A stretch of 64,000 nucleotides of DNA, from NCBI GenBank assembly GCA_035193785.1, contig CP136572.1, forward strand, positions 3,796,578 to 3,860,577, in the 5' to 3' direction. A model generated the notes under the pieces. The model did no database searches, was not told the origin of the DNA, and saw only the letters and a list, made by a program, of their open reading frames with translations. Numbering within the stretch: position 1 is the stretch's first letter; each line of letters begins with the position of its first letter. Position numbers and translations under genes: made by a program. The DNA is from Planktothrix sp. GU0601_MAG3. GTDB lineage: Bacteria; Cyanobacteriota; Cyanobacteriia; Cyanobacteriales; Microcoleaceae. Shown here piece by piece: positions 37,604 to 50,574 of the stretch.

Positions 37604-37725
37604 TCAACTCCAGAAACCCGGTTTCTGAGAAACAATTTCTGACCTCAATGAGATAAATTGGGCGAGATTATGTTACTATTTTAGCATATAAATAAAGTCT
37701 AAAAATAATTTAATGGATCAGCACT

Positions 37726-37875
37726 ATGGCAACTAAAAAGCGTTATATCCCTTCGGAAGAATATCGTCAGATGTTAGTCCGTGATGGCGATCGCCGTTTT
37801 AAAGAATGGCATGACAAATTCTTGAAATATCAACAGCTATTTCTGGCAGATATGAACAAACACAAAGTAGGATAA
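37726..37875 (+). CDS. Small hypothetical protein (49 aa)
   Basis: MATKKRYIPSEEYRQMLVRDGDRRFKEWHDKFLKYQQLFLADMNKHKVG; contains HIP1; below the ORF-track cutoff. Confidence 0.55.
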   Translation: MATKKRYIPSEEYRQMLVRDGDRRFKEWHDKFLKYQQLFLADMNKHKVG

Positions 37876-38018
37876 TTTTTAGTCGAATTATTATTTTTCA
37901 GGACTTACGCACAAGACCAAAGAAATCGGGTTCATGGCCCTAATGTTGCGGATAAAATCGGTGATTTATCGTTCAGAAACCAGGTTTTTGTAGGGGCGAG
38001 GTCATCGCCCCCAATTTA

Positions 38019-38322
38019 TTACCAACTAGACTTAACCACACCGGGTAATAACCCTGCATGGGCCATTTCCCGAATGACGTTCCGAGATAATCCAAAATCC
38101 CGATAGAACCCTCTGGGGCGTCCAGTTAACCAGCAACGGTTTCTGACACGGGTTTCTGGAACTATCACGGGGGAGTTGTTGGATTTTGCGGTGAATTTCC
38201 ATTTTTTCCATTTGAGATCCAGCTTGCTCAAACTGGTCTTTCAAATCAGCGCGTTTTTCCGCATATTTTTCTACCGTTCTTTTGCGCTTATTATTGCGCT
38301 CAATCATGCTTTTTTTAGCCAT
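38019..38322 (-). CDS. rpsN: 30S ribosomal protein S14 (frameshift at 38152-38156)
   Basis: [30 protein letters not shown]. Confidence 0.96.
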
Positions 38323-38352
38323 ATTAAGGCTGTTCTCCTTGTAAATAATTAT

Positions 38353-39043
38353 TTATGCTTTAGCAAGTTTCTTTCCTGCGCTGGGGACGGTTGATCCTTG
38401 AGCAGAGGGGCATAAATCAGACAATTCACAATTATAACACATTGGACTACGCGCTGTACAGACAGCCCGACCATGATAAATTAAGCGAATTGACCAATTT
38501 TCCCAATCTTCCTGGGGAATTAAAGGCATTAGATCCCGTTCAATCCGAATTGGATCACTGTGGGAAGTCAGTCCTAGCCGTTGACTCAGCCGTTTAACAT
38601 GGGTATCCACCGTCACCCCCATATTAATCCCATAGCCATGGGCTAACACCACGTTAGCGGTCTTGCGAGCCACCCCGGGGAGTTCTAACAGTTGTTCCAT
38701 CAACTTAGGCGGTTGTCCCCCGTATTTTTCCGCCAACAGTTGACAGGAGCCTTGAATATGGCGGGCTTTGTTCCGATAGAAACCCCGTTGACCGCACCAG
38801 GGTTTCTAGTTCGGTAATATCAGCTTTGGCCAGACTTTGGGCATCGGGAAACCGAGCAAATAGGGCCGGAGTCACTTGATTTACCCGTTCATCTGTGCAT
38901 TGAGCCGATAGAATTGTGGCGACTAATAATTGCACCGGAGTTTGATAATTTAAACTACAGGTTGCATCGGGATACAAGCGTTTTAGTCGCAATAAAATTT
39001 CCAGGGCGCGTTGTTTGGGGCTACGCTTTTTCTGAGTCACCAT
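38353..39043 (-). CDS. nth: Endonuclease III (frameshift at 38779-38783)
   Basis: ILSAQCTDERVN, LPGVARKTANVVL, VDTHVKR, C-x6-C-x2-C-x5-C. Confidence 0.95.
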
Positions 39044-39052
39044 ATTGATTGT

Positions 39053-40157
39053 TTACTGTTGAAAGAGCGATCGCACCCAACTCAAATCCGTTAAATTAAT
39101 CGTATCTCGAATAATCAAGAAAACCCCTAATCCCAATAACAACATTAAACCCGTTTGCATCACATTTTCTTGAATTTTCTCGGGTAAGGGTTTACCGCTC
39201 AGGGCTTCAAATAACAAAAAGGCTAACTGACCGCCATCTAAAGCCGGAAGGGGTAAAATATTAATGAATGCTAAGTTAATACTAATTAACGCCGCAAATT
39301 GAAACAAATTCCACGGATCAGAACGGGCAATATCCGCCCCAAACTTGACAATTCCCACCGGGCCAGATAGCTGTTCTGCGGTTTCACTAAATCGACTAAT
39401 CAGTTGTCCAAAACCAGATGCAGTTAAGTTAATAATCCGTTGAAATTCCGTCGCCCCCTTACTTAATGCCTCCATTGGATTAGCAGCCCGATGGCGAACA
39501 ATTGTGCCATTTGCCGTTAACTGTACCCCAATCCGACCTTTCCCATCACTTGCTAAATCGGGAACTACATCAACTGATAAAACTTGATCCCGTCGTTGAA
39601 TTTTGACTGATAAAGGTTGATTTGGATGGGTTTGAATAGCCGCAATCAAGGTTTTAATTGAAGTTTCAGAAGCCCCTAATTCCTGACCATCTACAGCCAA
39701 AATAATATCTTTAGATTCAATTCCAGCCCGATGGGCGGCGGAATCTATATTTTGATTGACTTCTGCCACTCTTACCCCCGGTTTCCGGGTTAAAAGCGGG
39801 AACCCCAATAATTCCAATTTGAGTTACCAATAAAAAATAGGCAAAAATCAAATTAGCAATTACCCCGGCACTAATCACAATAGCGCGATCTAAAACCGGA
39901 CGATTACTGAGTAAATTTGGATCATTTTTCGGGATGGTACTCTCAGGATCATCATCGGGAAACCCCACATATCCCCCCAAGGGTAAACCGCGAATCGCAT
40001 ACTCGGTTTCTGGCCCTTGATATTTCCATAATATCGGGCCGAAGCCAATGGAAAAGCGATTAACATGGATATTTTGAAGACGGGCGGCTAAAAAATGCCC
40101 CAGTTCATGGACGAAAATTAATACTGCAAGAACAGCGATCGCTGCCAATATTGACAT
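39053..40157 (-). CDS. rseP: RIP metalloprotease RseP (frameshift at 39781-39785)
   Basis: HELGH, PDZ domain, NILPLPALDGG. Confidence 0.94.
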
Positions 40158-40328
40158 GAATAAATCCTGTAAAATGACAAGTGAGTGGTTCTAACCATTC
40201 TAATATCAGAACTCAGGTGTTGGGTATTGAGAGTTGGTTGAATAACGATAGTATGATAATCAAACGGGGGAAATTAAACGATTGACTCAAAATCCGATCG
40301 TCACCCGAAAACTGAAACCCGACAAAAT

Positions 40329-41460
40329 ATGACAACGACCCTTTCTCATACTCCCCTGTATCAAGTCTCCGTTGAACTGAATGGCCGCATGGTGCCCTTC
40401 GCAGGTTGGGAAATGGCGGTTCAATTTAGTGGAATTAACCCAGAACATCAAGCTGTCCGCCAAGCGGTGGGAATGTTTGATATCTCCCACATGGGCAAAT
40501 TTATTCTGCGGGGAGAAAACCTGATTAATGCCTTACAATCCCTTGTCCCTTCGGATTTGAGCCGTTTACAACCGGGTGAAGCCCAATATAGCACCCTCTT
40601 AAATGCCCAGGGGGGGATTTTAGACGATATTATTTTTTATGATCAGGGGATTGACCGGGTAACGAATCTGCCGCAAGGGGTGATGATTGTGAATGCGGCG
40701 ACTAAATCCCGGGATAAAGCTTGGATTATCGCCCATATTGAGGATCAGGGGGTAGTATTAGAAGACTTATCCCGAGATCAAGTCCTATTAGCGGTTCAAG
40801 GGCCCCAAGCTGAAGCCACATTACAGCCTTTTGTCGGGGATACCCTTTCGGAAGTTAAATTTTTTGGTCATATTACCACCACCGTACTCGGAAAACCAGC
40901 CTTTATCGCCCGCACCGGATACACCGGGGAAGATGGTTTTGAGGTAATGGTGGCCCCGTCCGTAGGGGTGGAGTTATGGAAAAGTTTAGCCGCGGCGGGG
41001 GTGACTCCCTGTGGTTTGGGGGCCAGAGATACCCTGCGTTTAGAAGCGGCCATGGCATTATATGGACAAGATATTAGTTTAACCACCACTCCCCTAGAAG
41101 CGGGTTTAAATTGGATTATTCATTGGGACACCAAGGGACAATTTATTGGTCGTCAAGCCCTAGAAACAGCAAAAAGCCGCCGGAGTCACTCAAAAATTAG
41201 TCGGGTTAGAAATGCAAGGACGCCATATTGCCCGTCACGGATATCCGGTTTTATTTAATGGTGAAACCGTGGGGGAAATTACCAGTGGAACCCTATCACC
41301 CACCCTAGGAAAAGCCATTTCTATGGCCTATGTTCCCACCGCCTTATCCAAAATTGGTCAATCTTTAGATATTGAAATTCGAGGCAAAACCTACCCAGCA
41401 ACGGTGGTTAAACGTCCTTTCTATCGTTCTCCTAATCGTCCCAAAAACCCCAAAACCTAA
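40329..41460 (+). CDS. gcvT: Glycine cleavage system aminomethyltransferase GcvT (frameshift at 41163-41167)
   Basis: GMFDISHMG, ARTGYTGEDGFE, GLGARDTLRLEA, GEITSG. Confidence 0.95.
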
Positions 41461-41477
41461 GCCCGTTGTTGTTGCGC

Positions 41478-41523
41478 GTTGTTGCGCTTCAGCACTCTTA
41501 AGAATGGGCTAAAGCCCAACAAC
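41478..41523. repeat. REP-like palindrome
   Basis: gttgttgcgcttcagc...gctaaagcccaacaac. Confidence 0.55.
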
Positions 41524-41528
41524 AAATA

Positions 41529-41963
41529 ATGACTGAAACCAAATTATTAATAATTGGATGGCGGGAATGGGTGGCATTACCTGGTTTGGGAATCGGAGAA
41601 ATTAAAGCTAAAATTGATACGGGGGCGCGGTCATCGAGTTTGCACGCTTTTGATATTCATATTTTGAACTTGAAGGGTCAACAACGGGTGCGGTTTAAAG
41701 TCCATCCCCGACAACGGGATACCATGAATACGGTCAGCGCTGAAGTAGACTTAATTGAATGCCGAACTGTCCGTAATTCCGGTGGACATACGGAGTTACG
41801 ACCCGTGATTTTAACGGATATTGAACTGATGGGAAAAAAATGGTTAATTGAGTTAACTTTAACAAATCGGGATGCCATGGGATTTCGGATGTTATTAGGG
41901 AGACAAGCTATTAAAGGACAGTTTCTAATTGACTGTCATCAATCCTTTTTAAGTCATTCTTAA
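41529..41963 (+). CDS. RimK-associated retropepsin-like (putative ATP-dependent zinc) protease
   Basis: [31 protein letters not shown]. Confidence 0.88.
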   Translation: MTETKLLIIGWREWVALPGLGIGEIKAKIDTGARSSSLHAFDIHILNLKGQQRVRFKVHPRQRDTMNTVSAEVDLIECRTVRNSGGHTELRPVILTDIELMGKKWLIELTLTNRDAMGFRMLLGRQAIKGQFLIDCHQSFLSHS

Positions 41964-42000
41964 TAGCAGAAAACCTCAGCATTTAAGACAAAGTTTATTT

Positions 42001-42909
42001 ATGAAAATTGCAATTTTATCCCAGGATGGTTCCCTATATTCTACGAGAAGAATCAGACAAGCAGGAGAAGAACGGGGGCATCAGATGGAGATTATTGATT
42101 ATTTAAGATGTCATATTTCATTGAGTTCTCAAAGTCCAACTGTGATTTATGAAGGCAGATATTTAAAAGAATTTGATGCAATTATTCCCAGAATTGGCGC
42201 GTCAAAAACCTTTGATGGAACGGTGATTGTGCGTCAGTTTGAACTGATGGGAATATTTACCTTAAATGAATCCCAAGCCATTGCTCGTTCCCGGGATAAA
42301 TTAAATGCGTTACAAAGTTTAGCCAAAGAAAAAATTCCTTTACCTAAAACCGGATTTGCGACATCTATTAAAGATATTGATAGTTTAATTCAACAGGTGG
42401 GAGGCGCACCTTTAATTATTAAATTATTGGAAGGAACTCAGGGAATGGGGGTGATTTTAGCTGACACTTATCAATCAGCTAAATCTATTATTGAGGCGTT
42501 TCAAGGGTTGAATATTGATATTTTAGTGCAGGAATTTATCCCCGAGTCTAATGGTGAAGATTTACGATGTTTAGTGATTGGTGATAAAGTTGTGGCGGCG
42601 ATGAAACGCATCAGTAACTCGGGAGAATTTCGATCCAATTTACATCGCGGGGGGAAAGCAGAAAATGTTAAACTAACCGCAGAAGAACGGAATATGGCGA
42701 TTAAATCGGCAAAAGTTATGGGATTAAAATTAGCCGGGGTTGATTTAATTCGTTCCCATCAGGGGCCATTGGTTTTAGAAGTGAATTCATCCCCGGGACT
42801 GGAGGGAATTGAAACCGTTACGGGTGTTGATGTTTCCGATAAAATTATTGAATATTTGGAGAAAAATGCAATGAAAAGAAAAACCCAAAAAATGCAGAAT
42901 AAAATTTAA
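42001..42909 (+). CDS. rimK: RimK family alpha-L-glutamate ligase
   Basis: [47 protein letters not shown]. Confidence 0.93.
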   Translation: MKIAILSQDGSLYSTRRIRQAGEERGHQMEIIDYLRCHISLSSQSPTVIYEGRYLKEFDAIIPRIGASKTFDGTVIVRQFELMGIFTLNESQAIARSRDKLNALQSLAKEKIPLPKTGFATSIKDIDSLIQQVGGAPLIIKLLEGTQGMGVILADTYQSAKSIIEAFQGLNIDILVQEFIPESNGEDLRCLVIGDKVVAAMKRISNSGEFRSNLHRGGKAENVKLTAEERNMAIKSAKVMGLKLAGVDLIRSHQGPLVLEVNSSPGLEGIETVTGVDVSDKIIEYLEKNAMKRKTQKMQNKI

Positions 42910-42991
42910 GCGCCTTAGAGTTGGCGGGATTCTGTTTAAATGGTGAAGATTATCAACTCTCGAACAGCAACAGACCCAAGGGTTAGCCGAA

Positions 42992-43139
42992 TATAGCGCT
43001 ACGCATTAAAGTTAGGACACTTCTAAATCCTGAAACTCATTCACTGCCTACTGTTTCCCTGCCTACTGTTCCCTGCCTACTGTTCCCTGTTCCCTGTTCC
43101 CTGTTCCCTGTTCCCTGTTCCCTAGTGCGTAGCACTATA
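42992..43139. mobile_element. MITE with 14-bp terminal inverted repeats carrying STRR (CCCTGTT)n
   Basis: tatagcgctacgca ... tgcgtagcactata (1 mismatch), TA at both ends. Confidence 0.7.
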
Positions 43140-43241
43140 ACTGCCAAAATCACCGAAAGACTCGCCGTGACACGTCCCCACGGAAGCATCAACCAAACAA
43201 AACCCTAAAGATGAGAAAGGCAGGTTATAATTTGTTACGGA

Positions 43242-45771
43242 GTGCGAGACGTTCCTGCCAAAGTCTAGGAACAAACCCCGAAACGCAAGCAGGGAAACAG
43301 GTTTAGGCAATTGGTAACTGGTAATCAAACCAATAATAAATCCAATCAGGCCTGTCTTAACTTTGAAAATGTAACCCTAAAGGAGGGTTAATCTCGGAGT
43401 CAATGGTGCGGCTTTCCGAACGATAAAAGTACGACAGCCCATTCCAAAGAGATTCGGCAATTCCCACAGTGCCAGACTGATTATCAAAACACTGAAGCTG
43501 GGAGTAACGGGAAAACGGATTTAAGTCAAAATCTAAGAATTTCTCTAGCCAATTGCCCAAGAATAACGAAAGTAAACATCCGTCTTGAACTGTCGTAAAA
43601 ATTAAGTAGCGAAATTGACTTGATTACGCTGCGTTCAAAAGAACAAGGGGAAAGGTAGGGGGCTCAATAAACCCTCTATAAAAGGTAAGGTTAATTCCGT
43701 ATAACACTTACTAAGACTCCCAAAAGTACCCCGGCAGATAGGATGATTCTACAGGCAATAATCCCATTTTCAAGGAACGTTAAAACCCCTCATGTACTCC
43801 TACAGAGGTCGAAGACTGTTAGGTAGCCACAAATCTAAGGCGGATGTTATGAGGGCGAAAGATGGAACTCAGAAGCCAAAGCCTAAATGTAATGTTTAGG
43901 ATACGCTGATAGAGTCCGGTTTAGTTGTTAGGTAAAGTTGTGATTAGTGGTTCAAACGGTGAAAACGAGTATAACCAAGACTACGGATACATGGAATTCT
44001 ATCAATTGGGCGAAAGTCCAACGGATAGTATTCAAGCTACAAAAACGAATTTACCAGGCATCATTATCGGGACAAAATGCAAAGGCTCGAAAGCTCCAAA
44101 AACTTCTAGTCAAGTCATATTACGCCAAACTCCTATCAATAAGAAGGGTTACTCAAGATAATCAAGGCAAGAAAACAGCCGGGGTTGATGGAATTAAATC
44201 TATTACACCTAAACAACGGTTAGAAACTAGCCCAAAACCTGAGTAATCACCAAAAGGCAAAACCACTCCGCAGGAAATGGATACCCAAACCTAACGGGGA
44301 AAAACGTCCTCTAGGTATACCGACTATAAACGATAGAGTCAGGCAAGCCTTGGTGAAATCTGCATTAGAACCTCAATGGGAAGCTAGATTCGAGGGTGAA
44401 AGTTACGGGTTTAGACCCGGACGTTCAGCCCACGATGCGATGTCACGAATCTTCCAAAGCATCAATAAAGGTGAATATTACATCCTAGATGCCGACATCT
44501 CAAAGTGTTTTGACCAGATTAATCATGATTACCTACTGTCCAAAATTGATTGTCCATCAACAATAAAAGCTCAAATCAGACAATGGTTAAAAGCTGGAGT
44601 GATGGATAACGGCATATTTGAAGCAACAGAGGCAGTCACTCCCCAAGGAGGGGTCATCAGTCCTTTACTTGCTAACATCGCACTGGATGGAATGATTGAG
44701 TTAATTAAACACAAATTCCCTAAAAAGAATAACCGCGTTCAAGCTCAAGTCATCAGATATGCCGATGATTTCGTTGTGATTAGTCCACAATTAGAAATCA
44801 TACAACAGTGCCTAATTGCTATCGAAGAATGGTTAAAACCAATTGGGCTAGAACTGAAACCAGCCAAAACCCGAATCTGTCACACACTGAGAGAAATCGA
44901 AGTAAAAGACGAAAAGGTACAACCAGGATTCGATTTTCTAGGTTGGAATTTCCGACAATATCCAGTTGGTAAACACCATTGTGGTACAACAGGAGGAAAC
45001 ACCCAAAAATTAGGATTTAAAACCCTAATTAAACCTAGTAAAAAGGCAATTAAAGCTCACGCGGATAAAGTGAAAGAAGTGATTAAAACCCACAAAACTG
45101 CACCTCAATACGCATTAATCAAACGCCTAAATCCAGTCATAAGAGGATGGTGTAACTACCATTCCAAAGCTGTTTCCAAAGAAACATTTTCCTTTTTAGA
45201 CCATAATACATGGCTGAGATTAAGAGCATGGACAGTTAGCCGATGTGGTAAAGCAGGTTACAAAAATCTGAAACATTATTTCAAAAAGAACGGTAATAGA
45301 ACATGGAATTTTGAAACCCAAAAAGGTTACAGATTACTTACCCATGCAGAAACACCTATCATCCGTCATGTAACCGTAAGACCTGAAGCATCACCCTATG
45401 ACGGAAACTGGATATATTGGAGTACAAGAAAAGGAACATCTTATGATGTCCCAAAACGAGTAGCAATTTTGCTCAAAAAGCAAAAAGGCAAATGTAATTT
45501 CTGTGGACAATACTTTACCCCAGAAGATATTGCAGAAATCGACCATATCATCCCCACGTCACTAGGCGGTAAAGATGAATATAAAAATCTGCAATTATTA
45601 CATCGCCATTGTCACGATACTAAAACGGCAACTGATGGGTCGTACAACCCAAAAGAAACCGGATGTTCTGATGAAAACAGTCAACTAGACTAGGAGCCGT
45701 GTGCGATGAAAGTCGCAAGCACGGTTTCTGAATGGGAGGTAAGGGTTGTAAAGCCTTCATCGACCCCTAAT
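43242..45771 (+). mobile_element. Group II intron (IIB / chloroplast-like class)
   Basis: 5' GTGCG; EBS1 TCCGTA (43696-43701) in a stem-loop, complementary to exon TACGGA (43236-43241); domain V gagccgtgtgcgatgaaagtcgcaagcacgg; domain VI ending ..cccctaat. Confidence 0.92.
43947..45693 (+). CDS. ltrA: Group II intron reverse transcriptase/maturase with HNH endonuclease (frameshift at 44223-44227)
   Basis: GKKTAGVDG, RPLGIPT, SYGFRPGRS, TPQGGVISPLLAN, RYADDF, GWCNY, EIDHIIP..NLQLLHRHCH. Confidence 0.93.
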
Positions 45772-45792
45772 AGTTAGCAAAACTTAAGTTTT

Positions 45793-46110
45793 ATGAGCAA
45801 ACCCGCCGTGAATTCGTTTTTTGTAGGCCGTGCCTTAGCTGAAGGACTGTACGAACAACTGGGAAATAGTCTGACCAACGCTCTGAGTGAACTAGGAAAA
45901 TTTGAAGCCGAACAGAAAGAGCATCTACGACAGTTTACCCAACAGGTGATGGAACACGCCTCCCAAGAAGTGGCAAACGTTGTTGGCGACAGTAGCTTTC
46001 CCGCATCTAACAGTGAATCCGTGGACTTACAAGCCACCATTGACGAACTGCGGGCAGAAGTTGCAGAATTACGCTCCGAACTGCAAAAATATCGCAATCG
46101 TACCGTTTAA
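45793..46110 (+). CDS. Conserved cyanobacterial protein (DUF6825-like)
   Basis: FFVGRALAE..LSELGKFEAEQ, DLQATIDELRAEVA; usually upstream of the AarF kinase. Confidence 0.75.
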   Translation: MSKPAVNSFFVGRALAEGLYEQLGNSLTNALSELGKFEAEQKEHLRQFTQQVMEHASQEVANVVGDSSFPASNSESVDLQATIDELRAEVAELRSELQKYRNRTV

Positions 46111-46154
46111 ACTCTTTTGTAGTCAAAATAAGCGCTTATTGGGTTAACTTCATT

Positions 46155-47931
46155 GTGGAAACGGTTGTGTCAGTTCCTGTTGATCATTCGATTCGTGGTT
46201 CCGGTTCAGAGCCACGAATAAATCCGCCTTTAGTCACTCCTCCAGGCAAAAATTATGGAGGCAAAGCCTACCGTTGGAACCGCAAAAATTATTCCCGTCA
46301 ACGACGTTTTATTGATATTTGGACGTTTGTTCTGACGTGGTTAACTTGGTTGTGGGTCGATGGTAAAAAATGGAGTTACTGGGGCGGTTTTACTGAAGAT
46401 AAAAAAAATGCTCGTCGTCGAGCGCAAGCGATTTGGGTGAGGGAAACTTTTTTAGATTTGGGGCCAACTTTTATTAAAGTCGGACAATTGTTTTCCACCC
46501 GGGCGGATTTATTCCCCGTTGAATATGTAGAAGAACTTTCCAAACTTCAAGATAAAGTTCCCGCCTTCAGCCATGAACAAAGTGAAGAAATTATCCAAGA
46601 AGATCTGGGTAAAACCGTTCACGATTTATTCCAGAATTTTGATCCAATTCCCTTAGCTGCGGCGAGTTTAGGTCAGGTTCACAAAGCCCAACTCCATTCG
46701 GGGGCGGATGTGGTGGTGAAAGTTCAGCGCCCGGGACTGAAAAAATTATTTGAAATTGACCTAGCAATTTTGCGAGGGATTGCTCGTTACTTCCAAAATC
46801 ATCCCCGTTGGGGAAAAGGTCGAGATTGGGAAGGAATTTATGATGAATGTTGTCGGATTTTATGGTTAGAAATTGACTACCTGAATGAAGGTCGAAATGC
46901 CGATACCTTTAGGCGGAATTTCCGTAGTTGTGATTGGGTAAAAGTGCCGAGGGTTTCTTGGCAATATACCTCCCCCCGAGTTCTGACCTTAGAATATCTT
47001 CCCGGAATTAAAATTAGTAATTATGAAGCCTTAGAAGCATCGGGACTTGATCGGAAAGAACTGGCACAAATGGGGGCAAAAGCCTATTTAGAACAACTCC
47101 TCAACCATGGCTTTTTCCATGCTGACCCCCATCCGGGTAATATTGCGGTGAGTCCCGGGGGGGAACTGATTTTCTATGATTTTGGCATGATGGGACAAAT
47201 TACTTCCAATCTGCGGGAAAAACTCATGGAAACCCTATTTGGCATCACTCAAAAAGATGGCGACCGGGTAGTTAAATCCCTAATTGCCATGGGAGCGATC
47301 GCCCCCACCGGAGATATCGGGCCAGTGCGGCGGTCGGTTCAGTATATGCTGGACAACTTTATGAATCAACCCTTTGAAAATCAATCCATTGCCACCATTA
47401 GCGATGATTTGTATGAAATTGCTTATGACCAACCCTTTCGTTTTCCCGCAACCTTTACCTTTGTAATGCGGGCATTTTCCACTTTAGAAGGAGTCGGAAA
47501 AGGACTCGACCCAGAATTTAACTTTATGGAGGTGGCACAGCCGTTTGCCATGCAGCTTATGTCTAATGGAAATCTTCCCAATACTGCCAATAGTATTTTT
47601 AATGAATTCAGTCGCCAAGCGGTTTCAAGTCAGTTCCTCGGCCTTCGGTTTACCCGGACGCATTGAAGATACCCTCGAGAAACTCGAACAGGGAGACCTG
47701 CGAATGCGGGTTCGCCTAGCGGAAACCGACCGGGCGTTAAGACGGGTGAGTAATGTGCAAATGGGGACGAATTACACCGTCTTGATCGCCGCTTTGACTC
47801 TATCGGCGACACTCTTATTCATTAGTGATAAAGTGGGATTAGCTCTGTTTGTAGTATTCTTAGCTGTTGCTCTGGGGATTGCTTTCTTGAGGCTGTTACG
47901 ACGGATTGATCGTTTGGATCGGATGATGTAA
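46155..47931 (+). CDS. AarF/ABC1/UbiB family kinase (frameshift at 47622-47626)
   Basis: LGPTFIKVGQ, AAASLGQVH, VVKVQRP, FFHADPHPGN, YDFGMMG. Confidence 0.93.
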
Positions 47932-48048
47932 ATATCTCCGTGGCTCGTCATCTATTTTGTAACACTTCTTAATGATTCTCCGGGGTGGATATGGGAAAAT
48001 TTGAGAGCCCAACCCGCTTGGGAGTTAGAGGTCAATCTTTACTTGTTT

Positions 48049-48774
48049 ATGAAACGTTATTTTGCTGGAATGACGGATACGGGCAATGTTCGTAACGTCA
48101 ACCAAGATGCTTACTATATTGATCCTGATGGCCGTTTTTTTATTGTCGCCGATGGCATGGGTGGACACGCCGGCGGCCAGGAAGCCAGTCTGATTGCCAC
48201 TCAAACCATTAAAGAACACATTCTTGAGCGTTGGGATAGTTCTGACGAATCCCAAACTATCCTCAAAAATGCGTTTGTCGCTGCCAACCGGGCACTTTTA
48301 GAGGATCAGCAAAAACATCCTGAACGCTCAGATATGGGAACCACGGCAGTTGTGGCCCTATTCCGAGATCTCGATAGTCCTTGGTTTGCGAATGTCGGGG
48401 ATTCCCGTTTATATCGTTTACGCGGACATCAATTAGAACAAATTACAGAGGATCAAACCTGGGTCGCCCAAGCCGTTAAATCCTCCCGTATCACCCAAGA
48501 TGAAGCTCGCACCCATCCTTGGCGTCATGTTTTGTCCCAGTGTTTGGGACGCGAAGATCTCTCGGAAATTAGTATTGACCAGATGGGTGTCCAGTCGGGA
48601 GATCGTCTATTATTATGTAGTGATGGTCTGACCGAGGAACTCTCGGACGGGATTATTGCTTCCCATCTCAAATCAATTCGAGCCTGCGATGCCGCAGCCA
48701 CCACCCTAATTAAAGCTGCCAAGGATCGGGAGGGCAAGGATAATATTACGGTGATTGTGGTCGCGATTGATTAA
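48049..48774 (+). CDS. pphA: PP2C-type Ser/Thr phosphatase (PphA-like)
   Basis: [35 protein letters not shown]. Confidence 0.85.
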   Translation: MKRYFAGMTDTGNVRNVNQDAYYIDPDGRFFIVADGMGGHAGGQEASLIATQTIKEHILERWDSSDESQTILKNAFVAANRALLEDQQKHPERSDMGTTAVVALFRDLDSPWFANVGDSRLYRLRGHQLEQITEDQTWVAQAVKSSRITQDEARTHPWRHVLSQCLGREDLSEISIDQMGVQSGDRLLLCSDGLTEELSDGIIASHLKSIRACDAAATTLIKAAKDREGKDNITVIVVAID

Positions 48775-48791
48775 ATACCAGAGTTAATCCC

Positions 48792-49950
48792 ATGCGTGTG
48801 ATTGGTTTGATCAGTGGAACTTCGGTGGATGGGATTGACGGGGCCCTGGTGGAGATTTCGGGTTCCCCAAAAGATGGGCAGTTAGAACTCCTGGCAGGGA
48901 AGACCTTTCCCTATCCGGCAGAGTTGCGATCGCAAATTTTAGACGTATGCGGTGGAAAGCCCCTATCCATGCCCGAACTGGCTGCATTAGACGATGCGAT
49001 CGCCACGGTTTTTGCCGATGCAGCTTTAAGTTTACAACAGTCCTCTGAATCGGCGGAACTCATTGGCTCCCATGGTCAAACGGTGTTTCATCGTCCCCCC
49101 CAAGGTGATCAACTAGGTTACAGCCTACAACTGGGACGGGGAGAGGTGATCGCCCAGTTAACGGGTTTAACCACCGTTAGCAATTTTCGGGTCGCGGATA
49201 TCGCCGCCGGAGGTCACGGCGCCCCCCTAGTTTCCGATTCTCGATACCTATTTCCTCCGCCATCCCCAATACCATCGCTGCATTCAAAATCTGGGAGGCA
49301 TTGGTAATGTAACTTATCTTCCCAAAACCGATCACCCCATTTTAGGCTGGGACACTGGGCCGGGAAATGCTTTAATAGATTTGGCTGTCCAGTATTTTTC
49401 TGAGGGGGCTCAAACATACGACCGGGATGGGGCTTGGGCGGCGACGGGAACCCCCTGTATCGCCTTAGTTGAACGGTGGTTACAGCAGGATTTTTTTCAA
49501 CAACCGCCCCCAAAATCGACGGGACGGGAACTATTTGGGGCGGACTATTGGCAAAGCTGTTTCAGGGAAGCTGAACCCTATAATTTAAGTCCGGCGGATC
49601 TTTTAGCCACCTTAACGGAATTAACTGCCGTTTCAATTCATCACAGTTATCACCAATTTTTACCCCAGTTACCCGAGCAGATTCTATTATGTGGGGGAGG
49701 TAGCCATAACCAATATTTACAACAGCGTTTACAAACTTTATTTGCCCCAATTCCCGTTTTTTCCACTTCCGAACTCGGCTTAAATGCTGATTTTAAAGAA
49801 GCGATCACTTTTGCGGTTTTAGCCTATTGGCGACTATTGGAAATTCCGGGAAATTTACCCTCGGTAACGGGTGCGGTTTCAGAAGTTTTATTGGGAGAAA
49901 TTCACCCGGTCTTGACTCCTAATGTGATACGATCCCGATCAATAACTTAA
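48792..49950 (+). CDS. anmK: Anhydro-N-acetylmuramic acid kinase (frameshift at 49230-49234)
   Basis: [51 protein letters not shown]. Confidence 0.94.
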
Positions 49951-49994
49951 ATCGACAAAATTTTTTCAATCTTGGTGCAAATAAGGATGGCACT

Positions 49995-50444
49995 GTGGCT
50001 CACACGTTCTTGATGGAATCTGGTCAATGGTTATTAGAAGGAAATTGGATTGATCGGGGTCAAATGCCAATTGCCCTTCGCGGAAAAACGGTGGTTGCTT
50101 GGCATCAAAGCGACTGGTTCAGCATGGTGACAAAATTAGTTTTTCCGAACAGCGACAATGAAGATATTATCCTGCAATATCGAGGACGACTAGATAGCAA
50201 CGAGAGAGAATATACTTTTGTTTTACAACATAGTCAACTGGGAAAAATCGAGGGGGAGGGTTTAATTAGCCCCGAATCGATCGTCCAACGTTATCGGGTT
50301 TTAGGAGATGAACGTCAACGTCGGAATGGCTTCGATACCATCAGAAAAGTCGATTCTAGCCACTACTATTATTGCAGTGGAATGATGGCGGGGCATTCTT
50401 TGAATTTAATTAGTGTTATGGAAGCGACCCTAGAACGGAAATAA
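49995..50444 (+). CDS. Conserved cyanobacterial hypothetical protein
   Basis: 149-aa ORF with typical codon usage (AHTFLME.G.W). Confidence 0.7.
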   Translation: MAHTFLMESGQWLLEGNWIDRGQMPIALRGKTVVAWHQSDWFSMVTKLVFPNSDNEDIILQYRGRLDSNEREYTFVLQHSQLGKIEGEGLISPESIVQRYRVLGDERQRRNGFDTIRKVDSSHYYYCSGMMAGHSLNLISVMEATLERK

Positions 50445-50574
50445 TAGTTTAGGGTTAATTTTGAATATTATTTTAACCCAACCCGAGTCGATGCCCCATC
50501 CGTAACCTTAACTTGTTTCCGAGCGACGGAAAAAAGTCAAAAATAGAGGTCGCCGCCGATAAACCCTTCAAGAT

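Noticed and set aside
43947..45693. Retron, DGR or defence-associated reverse transcriptase
   Set aside because: Maturase and HNH domains, 5' GTGCG, the EBS1/IBS1 match and domains V/VI identify a group II intron
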